DNA of 58,696 nucleotides from the NCBI GenBank assembly GCA_000708835.1, contig DF237500.1, positions 1 to 58,696 of the forward strand. Reading direction: 5' to 3'. Both the position numbers and the translations under genes were made by a program. The stretch is from Klebsormidium nitens (taxonomy: Eukaryota; Plantae; Klebsormidiophyceae). The notes beneath the pieces were generated by a model. That model saw only the letters and a list, made by a program, of their open reading frames with translations, was not told where the DNA came from and did no database searches. Below are positions 24,832 to 36,015 of the stretch, piece by piece; position 1 is the first letter of the stretch; every line of letters begins with the position of its first letter.

Positions 24832-25775
24832 GTGCATCAAGCATACGCGTTGAGTACTGAAACGGATTCGTGCACGAGGGGTAGATCTTTTTTCATGATC
24901 GGTAGCGCACGCTGTACAAGTTGGTTCTGACGTTGTCAAGAAAAGTGTGTAAGAGCTATTCTAGCTTCTGATTGATTACGTCAGATTAAGTTTGCACTGG
25001 TAAAAATGGTACTTTATACCGGTACTAATGCTCGCAACTTATTGTAGTTAATCGTTTAGACGACGAGCTGACTTGGACCATGTTGGTCTTACATTTAGGC
25101 ACATCGCTTAAGTCGAGGTTAGATTTGTGAAAACTGTTTAGAACATTCTTGCGCTTCTCTACTTCACTCCGCAGATTACTGTTTCCTATCCTTTTCGTTG
25201 TCGTCCTACTTACAATCGTCTCTTGATCTCTTCCGACACTGGATCGATCTGCCCCGCGCTTGCATGATTTGTATGAGTTGTGCCAGACCTGCATTTGCGG
25301 TCAGTGCTGAATCTGCCGCGAGTAATATTACAAAAGCACATGCTCGAGCCCTGCATCAATCCGCGAAGTTGGTTTACCTGTGACAATGTGTGCAACGGCA
25401 AACGTACGTCGATGAATGATCTATCTGAGCAAAGTCATGCAATCTTTATCATCCACATATGCGCATCATTCGCCAACCGCACCTTTTCGTTCAACGCACT
25501 TAGGCGCGATTTCCTCGCAGAATGCTCAATTCAATACACTGCAGCATGAACGCCAATTGAACCAAACATGGTAAGGCGTGCTGCTCATGCTTTGACTAGG
25601 CTCTTGGGCTCCGACGATACTTGTAAGAAAGATAAGGCCGACTCGGACTTCTACTGAGTGACACGGCAAGTATTTTGCATTTTCAATCATTGCTACCAAC
25701 GGGTGCGGCGGCGGGACTGCAAAATGGAAGATTTAAGCAGTTAGGGGGTTATTAGGATTCGGGCCTGTTTCCTGT

Positions 25776-26031
25776 CAACGCAACTTACCGTCTTCTTTAA
25801 TTCGCTACCACCGTGCTTTATCTTCCTTCCACGGGGCGCAGCTTTGCGGGCCTGTCCGAGCGCTTTCACATCCACCACACGGAGGCCGCACCAGAGAGCC
25901 TTCCCAGAGCGCACACCTGCTACTTTCAACTTATAGTGCTTCCCGCTTACGATTCTTACGAGCTAATCAAGAAGCAACGGTTGATGACAATAGTGCAGCA
26001 ACACATCGTGGAAGGGTTCGGAGAAGTGTGA
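25776..26031 (+). pseudogene. Duplicated 3' fragment of the HECT ligase last exon
   Basis: Matches about 14260-14497 (FAGLSERFHIHHTEAAPESLPRAHTCYFQL...VEGFGEV*) and is followed by a copy of the 3' UTR. In-frame TAA at 25798-25800 and no upstream exons. Confidence 0.9.
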
Positions 26032-29000
26032 CGAAGCCTTTAAGGTCAGTGTCATTTAAGGGTGCGTCATTGAGATAAACAATAAACTAAGGTCTGGTTA
26101 CGCTCCTTTGGTGAGAAGCGCTCGCTGAAGGTAGCTGCGATTGTATAACATGATGTTAGAACTGAGCATCTGTTGCGCATGAACTCATCTAAGACGTCAT
26201 GCTACAGTAGCTTGTGGTAAACGTCTCGACCATAGTATGCGGGGCCGATGTATGATGCCATGATGAGCTTAGATCGATCGAGCCTGAAGAGAGAACATAG
26301 CCTGTTCAAGGCGGTTTTGCTAAAAGCCTACGATCGCCATGAAGAATATGTCAGTATTGGTGAACTTCTATTTGGTTAAGCTGCCTAGCACCCTGACTCC
26401 TTCATCAACCGTCATTTTGAAATGGCCTTAATTGTTGATTCGACCGCTTTTCTGCAGTAGTTCTCGACCAATCTACCGGTATCAGGCGAATGAATCTCCC
26501 TGTCAGTCAGAATGAGCTAATTATTCATGACGTCTTACCAAATATTTTTGATAGGAAGAAGTGATCTTTTTGCAGCAGACTTGAAAAGTTGTGCATGGCA
26601 ATGCAGAAAAGTTTCATGCATTTGATTTGGTAAAATGCAGGGTATGCACTAGTACGGTGTGTCAAGCATGCCTTAAGAAGAAGCCTTGGCTGAATTCAGA
26701 AACTCTCGCTGCTCCCAGGCCTCCTTCAGGCTCCGACGCACATACATATATGAAGCAGCTTAGTGCTCGAAATATCACGGATGAGGTTGCTTCGGAACGA
26801 GACGATCCTGAACAAGCCATGATGAGCAGTCATCAGACCATTTCCGACCCAAATGCTCTGCCAATCTTCACAAGTGGCAGTGCTGACTCCTGAGCTTCCT
26901 CTCCGGGACTACCGGGTTTAAATGTCGACAGCTCAATCATTGATATGGCTTCATAGGCAGTAAAGTATACACCGAGCAGCCGTTGATACTTTGAAGAATA
27001 GCACCTGGACGGTTGAAACAATTTGCCAATTGGTGTACGTCATTGTCGTCGCAGCTCGCTAACTTTTGAGCACCCCTGGCGCGACACGTCCCGTCCCCTC
27101 CACCATTTGCAGGGACCGAGTGATGACCCAGCATGACAGCCTGGTGCTTTTTTCAGGCTGCCAAGAATGCAGACCTCCTGAAGAAAGAAAGGAGGAAGAC
27201 GCAGGCAGGATGTCCTGAGGCTGTAGACGTCCTAGTCCCCCGGCGCTAGGCCTGTGGACAAGTGAACGGCAAGTTGCACGCTTAATTTGCCGCATGCAAC
27301 CAAGCACGGAGGAATCCTGCGCCTGAGGCGCACTCAGACGTACCTTCTGTCATGAGAGGACTTCCGTAGCGTTGCACTGCCTGAGATCAGGAGAAGAGGG
27401 ACGTTGCAATCAGCCTGGTCTGTGACCTGCCTGTGTAGTCGACAAAAGTGTCCAACCATTGGACGATTGTTTTGTATGACTAAGCGAACCGGCGTGCTTC
27501 ATTAGCCACCACTCATAACTGGCGCGATTACTTCGCTTGCATTGTGGAAGCCACTTCTTTGCTACCCGGTTGTTGACCAATCTCTATTGAAGGCGCAATC
27601 TCTATTGAAGGCTTACTCAGGCCACCAACCAGCATGTCAAAGTAGCTACTGCCAACATGACGACCTCACTGTCCGGGTTTCTGACCAATCTGATCACGAG
27701 TATTGTGATCTTCACATTGCTCGTGGTCGTGTTTCTCGTTCTTTCAAAGAAGGCAAGCCTGGCTGTTATCTATTACAGCAGGCGCATTCTGCATGGATCT
27801 GGCCCTCCAGATTCCAAAATATAAGCAATCTTCCAATGGTTGAGTGATGCATTTTGTATGAGCGACACGGAGATTGCAGAGAGAGCAGGCTTGGATGCAC
27901 TTGCTTATGTTACGCTCTTCAAAACAGGTAAGTGTAGCCAGTCCTTGGACTTGTCCTTCTTACTAGTGCAATCGAGCTGAGTGTCTTTTAGATAGGGGAA
28001 GCTGGAAAGTGGTACTTGGACTCTTCTGTTGCCCCTATGTTGCTACAAAGGAAGGTGGTCTTGGACTCTCCCATTGCCCAAAGAAGATGCTAAGGTACAA
28101 AAGCATGGGGAGCAAACGGAAATCCAAAGCCCTCTAAAAGTGTGTGGGACCTCGACACATCCATTCGGGCAGGCCCTCTTGTCAGAAGCCAGCCGGAAGG
28201 GTGACATATTGTGGATGTGCGCAAGTATAGACGTCGCTGTTTGACCTCACTTTGTGCTTCAAAAGCTGTTGACCATTTCAGGGCCTGTGCCTTCTGAATC
28301 AAACGATCATCTTCTAAATCTCTGTTTGTTGAGGTCACAACCAATCCGTGTGCAGCTCTGAAGATCTTTGGCGCGTCCTTTTTGTACTGCGTCATCATTG
28401 AGCTGCCAGTCAACGGTAAGAACACTGAGGCACTGCCCCATCTTGAGACTCTGTCTAGGCCCAAGCTGCATTCCAATTGTCGCTCTCTGATCGCTTCCCT
28501 CTTTCTTGCTTTGGTACGGTCTTCTACGAGATACTTGATAACGCTGAATGCTAGGAGAGATTGAAGGCTTGTGCTCAATGTCGACATTCAGGTTAAGATT
28601 CAGATAACTTGGTCCATTCTGCATTGCCTCTTATGGTGCTGTCATCATTAGCGCTGCTTGGCTCACATGGTGCGGTCTGTCCGTGAAACTATCCGCTTGC
28701 TCATGTCTTGACGGTCCCCTGCAAGTCTCTTCTCAATCTGCAATCTGCTTCTTCCAGTCACGGCAAACTACTACGCTGAGTTCAACCAGCAGCCCAGCGT
28801 CGCGGGAGACCCGGACAGGCAGCTCCAGTTCTCAAACTTTGACAAGATGAGCATGGGGAACGTTGACAAGGTAACTCTCGCTGACTCTTTCAGTCATACG
28901 TTTCACGAATCCATTTTGGCTGTGACGACTTTCAGCGTGCGCTCTAAGTGGCCAATCAATAGCGGTTCCAGAGATTCTCGAATGCTCCCTTCGCTCTAAT

Positions 29001-32000
29001 AGCAGTGAACCAGAGCGCTGTCAGGTCTGGGGTCTAAAAGGGCCGCTAGATACAAATCTTCTTTCCAAGATCATTACGTGCACTGCCAGGAGTCAGACAT
29101 AATTCCCCACACGTCGCACTCCAAAGCACAGAGGCCCTGCATGGACCGCTAAAACTCAGATTTTGATCTCAATCCTCTGCAGGGCTCCCCGCGCCTCTGG
29201 ACGCACGTGATCGCCGCGTACTGGGTGGCGTTCTCCTGTTACTTCATCCTTTACACAATTTACAAGAACATGTCCCATTTGCGGGCCCAATTCCTGAGCT
29301 CCTTTGGTGCCAGGGCGACCGTGCGCCAATACGCGGTGCTAGTGACAGACATTCCTGCGAGTGAAACGGATCGCCACTCCCAGGTCGATAGCTTCTTTCA
29401 CAGGCTGCACCCGAGGACGTATGAGCGGGCGCAGGTCATCACGAAACTGTCCGAGGTAAGGAGAAGTATTTCAGCTTTTGTAAGGGCCGCATGCTTGACG
29501 TATGTTGTTTAGGCCACTAGAGGCTACAGCGAGGACATGCTGCTTCTGCACTTTCTGCGGGGTCTGGCAAAGTCCAAAATATGTCATGATGCTTTTGAAA
29601 TGGCAAAATGTCCAAATCAGCAGGTCTTGACTTTGTTGGCAGGGTTGGCAGCCATTTAGTTAGCCGCATTATTCCCAGGAAGCGTTTGGCTGGTTGCAAT
29701 GTGCTCGAAGTAGGTGACGGCGGCCATTTTCGAAAGATGTTTGGGGTAGTACGCTTCTGTGTTTGTGTGCTGCGCAAACGCTTCGGTGATCGTGCGTTCC
29801 TAATGGATCGACACAGTTAGGGAGCTCTTCGGAACGAGCGATTCGGACGATTTGAAAAGTGCATTCTACAGAAGCTGCTGATTCATGGCCTGACCCAAGT
29901 GGGTCAATTGTGAAACGACGGTTGCCTTATATCGGCCCATTTTGAGCCCGGTGGTCTTGAATTCGTCAATCCTCATATCCTGCCATTCGTGGCAGACGGG
30001 AATCGAAGGCGGAAAGCATAGTAATGAATGCCCTGGACCCGTGTTCCGTCGCTAACTGACAGCGACTCCGACGGAGAAGGAACGTCACAAGCCTGTCATT
30101 CGTTCCAGGTTGACAAGAAGTACAAGGAAAAAGAGAAGGTGCGCCGCAAGCTGGCCCACGCCGAGGCCGTGTACGCAGAGGCGCAGAAGAAGGACTCGGA
30201 GAAAGCCAAGCGGCCGCAGCACAAGACCGGCTTCCTCGGCCTCGTTGGGGAGAAGGTGACGTCAGAGCGCTCAGCGGTTCTGCATGGATGGCGGTCTGTA
30301 ACTCTGCTGCTCAAAGTTTTCAATTCGTTGCAATCCCGGCATGGGCTTGCCGGCTAAGCACGCCAGGTTCCGGTGTCCCGCCTGTCGGTTTTGGTGCGGG
30401 GCGAAACGACAAAGAGTCTGGTCTAGAAACGGACGCGGGTCCAGCAAACAAGCGCCTGGCTTGGATTCCATAGTCGAAGTTCGTTCTTTGCTCATCGTAG
30501 ATTGTCGTTGGTCCGGCTCCCTGGTCGAAGTTCGTTCAAGTTTTATGATAGATCAATTTTGGTTCCGACGCCCAGGCGTTTCTTGAGAGTCTTTTGCAGC
30601 ACTAGTCAGGCGCCATGCTCATACGTCACGTCAGCTGATTCTGTTCCGTCCGCAGGTTGACACGATTGACTGGTGCCAGAAGCGGCTGGCGGAACTAGGC
30701 CCGGAGCTGGCGGAAGAGCGGCGGAAGACCGTCAACGAGCGGACCATTGACGCGGCGCTCGTCTTCTTCAACTCGCGCGCGGTTGCCACCATGGCGGCGC
30801 AGGTAAGGGTTTGGATCGTATTGAAGAAAATCAATGACAAGCTGAGATAAAATCAAGGTAACCGCATCAGGACGGGTAGGGTTAGTTTGGAGGTTAGGTG
30901 GGGAAGGTTCGGAGGAGAATCTTCTTGGGTCAGGACTTTGAGTGCTAGTCGGAGCTTACTGTAATCTTTCTTGATACCCATTGGGTTCGACCCATCAGAC
31001 TCTGTCCGGGTTTGCTGTGCATGATTGGGGCCGGCTTTCGATTCCCGCCTGTTGTGCGGACTGGCACCATTCTGCATCTCTTTTCCTCAGATTGGTGTAT
31101 TCTATGTCAACAAATTGACAGATTCCCTGGCAGGTTCAAAATTCCAACCTTTAGTTGTGTGGGGTTTCGAGTTCAGCTTTGAGGGCTGCTGATCCTGCTT
31201 TTGATAGAGGGATCGAAGCGGTTGCGCGGACAAGAGTATAGACACTTCAGCTGTGCCGGAATGTTCGTTTCTACCGTATCCGGCCTATTCCACTGTAGAC
31301 TCTCTTCACAGTGCCTCATACACCTCCTGCAATTGAAGCTTCAACTCCGCACAGCCAAGCTGGTTCCTCCTTGTCACAACATTTCGCTCTTGCTTCCGCA
31401 AGCAAGCGTGCAACGCTATCAGGCATCCAAGCGACTCCGCCCGTCGCGAAACCCCGCACAACTCTCGTTCCTGACGTCACACCCCCCATCTCCTCCGCAG
31501 TCCGCCCACGCCCGCAAGGCCGAGTCGTGGCAGACGCAGTTCGCGCCGGAGCCGCGTGACGTCATCTGGGCCAACCTGGGCGTCAGCTGGTGGGAGCGGT
31601 TCGCGCGGCAGAGCATTGTTTACGGCATCACGTTTCTCATCATCTTCTTCTACATGATTCCCATCACGATCGTCTCCGGCTTCAGCACGCTCGACAACCT
31701 GCGCCAGTTCGCGCCCTTCCTCGACCCCGTGTTTGACATGTGAGTCAGCTTTACTCTGTTTTCTGTTTCCTTGTTGATATATTGTTCGTATTCTCTCTGT
31801 TTTGTTTCCAGTATTGACATCACAGCTGGTTGTTGAATTCTTGACCTCCCGCGAAGTGCAAGCACTTCCCAAAGCCTTATCGAACATGCGGGCAAACGTT
31901 TGGGTTCCTGACAAGTCCGGAAGATGGCTGGGAGTGACATCATTTCTGATGGCCTCCCTCAAAATTGCACCCTTCTATCATCTCGTTCTGACTTGATGCG

Positions 32001-34697
32001 GCCGATTGCAACCAAATCCGCGGTTCGGGAATTTTGCGGGCGTTCTTTTGGTCGTCTCATTTGCTGATGCTTACCTCAACCATTCACTTTCCCCTGGTTC
32101 CAAATGACAATTGCAGGCTACAGCGTCCACGTGGGACCTGTGGCTGGACACCACCAGAGTCTGACGTCATTCTCGGACGTGACGTCATTGCAGCGGCGCG
32201 GTGAGGGCCATCTTGCAGGGGTTCCTGCCGCAGCTGGCCCTGCTCATCTTTCTCGCGATCCTGCCCAAGCTGCTCTTCTTCCTCACCAAGCGCGAGGACC
32301 TGACGTCACTGTCGCACGCCGACCGCGGGACCGCCGGCAAGGTGCGCGGCGCCACTTTGCGCATCTATATTCTGACACTCGAGTATGATGTTCCGACATC
32401 AGAAAGAGTGGAAGGATATAGCGCTAAAATGGTTGTGTCAACAAAAAAGAAAAAGAAAGAAAAAAAACTTCATCCACTTACTGCTTGACATCCCTAAAGG
32501 CTGAAAGCCGTCAAATCGTACCGCTCTTGTGCGCCCAGTTGTTGTTTCGTTTGATTGTTACTGGAACACGTGTCAGACAGGAAAAGCAGGGTCAGCCGCG
32601 GGGTTAGCGTGGACGGCATGCGACGCGTGTTATAGGTTACGGCTGAGCTTTCTACGTAGTTGCCAGGGGGTGCGTGCGCACTGCTCTTGATGCCAGTTGG
32701 AAAGAGAAGTATATATCTTGAGTGCCTCCTTTTGCCCAGACAGAGAAGGGCGGATGTAACCATGGACGGAAGACGACTCCGCTTGGGGTCTTCCGCCGTT
32801 CCGCTGCTTATCCCAAATTCGCTCCTTGGGCTTATACCGCCCGGAAGCCGCCTGTCTCGCGGATCTCATCGGTAATTGAGAACGCGCGTTTCTCGAACCA
32901 GCTGACGAGCATGGCATTAACCCATCTATATTACGAGTCTCTCTTATAGCGTGTCGTTTAATTGTGGATCATTCTTGCGACACCTGTTTTCCTCCTTTTG
33001 CAGTTCTACTACTTCATGGTGTTCAACGTGTTTCTGGGAGTCACCGTCGCTGGCTCTGCATTTGGGCAGCTCAAACAGGTGCGTTCACGATCCAGGATTC
33101 TCAAGACACTTGATAATTACCAGTAAAAACTGAAGTTCCGTCGAGGCAACTTCAGATTTCATACGCCAGACGCACCTGCTTCGCACTCCTCCTCACTCGG
33201 AACGCCCACACTAAACATTACCTTCCCAGTGCGGTTGACTTCATCATCGTCTTAGCTCACTCTCGAGACCAATGCAACCATCTGCCGTCTGTGCGTTCGT
33301 GCAGAAAGTCCGATTTGCGACAGAGTGGCGGTGTATCTTGGAGCTGTGCTTTTGCTGTCCTTCGCGTATGCAGAGCAATCCATCTTCCGGGATTTGACGC
33401 CGGCGGAGGCTTACCGCGCCTGCAGCCAGAAAACTCGGGATCGCCTCAAACGAAAAGCGTCAAGGCAAATTTTGAGCTGAAGCCCTCCGAAGCCGATGGG
33501 TTTGAGCAACCGGGATTCACACCGCCCCCGAACCTGAAGAACTTCTCCCCAAGGAGACAAAAATCTGGACGGTTATGCGTAGCTCTTTTGTGACAGTTGC
33601 CGACCTCCATAATGCCTGGGAAATCAAACCACCTACCGATTCAAGCCCTGATAGTCAGAGGCTAACCATTTTCCTAAACCACCCTCCAAAACCTTCCCTG
33701 CAGATGACCACAAACCCGACCGGCATCGTGGACCTCCTCGGGTCCTCCATTCCGCAGCAAGCGACCTTCTTCATCACCTACATCGCCCTCCGCGGGTTTA
33801 TCGGCTACGGCCTGGCGCTCTCCCAGCTGATCCGGGTGGTTATCTACCTGGTTAAGCTCAAGTTCACGGTTAAGACCGAGGAGGACAAGCGGGAGGCGTG
33901 GGCGCCCGGGAGCTTCTTCTACGGAAAGAACGTGCCCAAAGACCTGCTCATCGTGCTCCTCGGCCTGTGAGTCCCGGGCACTTCTCCTTCCAGCTTTTTA
34001 GGAGACCACTTTTGTCTCGGCGAGCCTGATTCGAGTTGGCTCTCATCATGATGGAGTCCGCTTTGGGGGTCGGTGGTTTGGGAAGTCGACGGAGGAGGGG
34101 ACCGAAAAGTGTTGTCATGTATGCTTGAGTAAGGGGCGCTAGTTTTCTGGAGATGCGCTCTTGATCGGACGTGAGACGACATTCTCATTTTACTATCACG
34201 CTTCTGTCCTGGCTTCGGATTCTGCAACCGGAGGAGACGTCCAAACAAGGTTAGCGCTGGGCCATTGGGTTTTGTTAACAACAAGTCTGCATGCCGAAGT
34301 TCGCCCATGCAACACGAGCGTGAAGCCACGTCACGCTTGAGACGGAAGCTGGTGTGTTTTTCTCGTTGCGTGACAACCGCTCGTGTTGGGCGAACATTCG
34401 CCACGCAGATTCTGATGAAATTAAAACCAACGGCCAAATCCACCGCTAACCCCTTTTCAACGTCTCCCGCCCCTCTCCTCCGGTCGTAGAACCCGAGTCC
34501 GTACGTTGACTTGAGCTCTTTCATTTGCGGCCGCGACACACGCGCCGATCAATTCTGACCGCCCGACCGAACTCGTTTTGTTCGGGGCAAGCCGTCTTAT
34601 TTCTCTTTTGCCTGCATGCACTTTTCTTTTTTCTTTCTTCTTCTTCCTTCTCTCACTCCTGCGTTCGCTTGTGCAGGTGCTACGCGGTCATTTCGCC

Positions 34698-35015
34698 GAT
34701 CATCATCCCCTTCTGCATCGTCTACTTTGGTCTCGGGTACATCATCAACAAGAACCAGGTGAGTTCTGGGTCATCGGAAAATTCACGCGATCTGACGATT
34801 TGCCCGGCCATTCATGGCTAGGATTGCCCTCGTCCTTCTTCCTGAAGCCCAGAATGATCATCATCCCCTTCTGCATCGTCTACTTTGGTCTCAGGTACAT
34901 CATCAACAAGAACCAGGTGAGTACTGGTTCATCATAACAAGTCTTCCGTTCTACGCGGTCTGATGATCTGTCAGGCCGTCCTCGGATAGGACAGATGTCG
35001 TCCTTCTTTCTGGAA
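34698..35015 (+). repeat. Tandem duplication (about 158-bp unit) of the OSCA2 exon-11 3' part, donor and intron start
   Basis: GATCATCATCCCCTTCTGCATCGTCTACTTTGGTCTC(G/A)GGTACATCATCAACAAGAACCAGGTGAGT starts at both 34698 and 34856, with weaker similarity continuing downstream. Confidence 0.9.
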
Positions 35016-35339
35016 CCCTGAATCGATTCGGGTTAACGGTCCGAAACCCGGCCGGATCTTCGACCTGCAAATGTTCTTGGCCCCTGCGCTCAGCAGTTCT
35101 TTCAACTGCGGCCAACCCGACCATATCACCGTCCCTACTATGCAGGATCTCGTCCGAAACTCTTGTTCAAACTTCGAATGATCTTGGATCGATTTTCATT
35201 GCAAATTCACTCTTTTCTTTCCTGGGGATTGTCTCAACTCACATGCTCCCAGCACGTTTCCCGTGCAAAGTTGCAAAGTTCCTGCTCAGTTTACAGACAC
35301 CCCTTCAGGCCCCTCTTTAACCCCGTTCGGAACCCACTT

Positions 35340-36015
35340 TCAAAACCCCACCTCAACCTGCAGGCGCAGCGCCGAATTGGACTTTTTGGTTACCAGGGAC
35401 GACGCCGTTGAATTCTGGATTATCCGCTCTAAATTCATTTCCCGACAGCTTCTTAACCAGTTCGTTAAAGATCAACACATTAGATATGTAACCCACATTT
35501 CACCCCGTAGGCGTTGGAAGTAAAGGTTGCCAAGCGGCCGCATGTAACCCCGCATCCAAGTATTGGCTCAAAACCCAACTCTTACCCCAACTTTCAACGG
35601 CTTCGTAACCACTTCATCAAACGCCTCAGCATCAGAGTCTTAACCACTTACAAACCCGTAGGCGCCGGAGGTGATGGTTCCGGAGTACGAGAGCGGCGGG
35701 CGCATGTACCCCCAAATCCAAATACCCGCAGGAAACTGGATTCTTAACGGCTTCGTAATCACTTCGTCAAACATCGCATATTACATTCTTGACCCACATG
35801 TTAACCACTAGGCGCTGGAGGTAATGGGTCTTGAGTACCAGAGCGGCGGGCGTAAGTTACAACATCCAAGCATTTCGCTCGATATCATTCTCTTAACGGC
35901 TTCATGACCACTCTGTTATTAGCATCAGGGGCTTAACCCACATGTCAATCCGCAGGCGCCGGAGGTGATTCCCGAGTATGAATCCGGCGGCCGGCTGCAC
36001 CCCCACATCCAAAAA
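35340..36015 (+). repeat. Array of about 5 degenerate copies (about 150-bp period) of the OSCA2 exon-12 acceptor plus exon 5' end
   Basis: YAG-GCG...GAGTA...GGCGG(C/G)CG...CATCC-like units near 35355 (weak), 35505, 35655, 35805 and 35945, upstream of the real acceptor at 36120. Confidence 0.88.

Larger units (their letters stand above)
14260..25745 (+). repeat. Tandem segmental duplication, copy 1 (HECT 3' end, intergenic DNA, ERD4/OSCA gene 1, downstream DNA)
   Basis: Colinear homology with 25776-38452: HECT last exon and 3' UTR, upstream block, all 13 OSCA exons, shared 3' sequence TAGGTGCATCAAGCATACGCGTTG, and a 26-bp exact match of 25698-25723 to 38407-38432. Confidence 0.85.
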
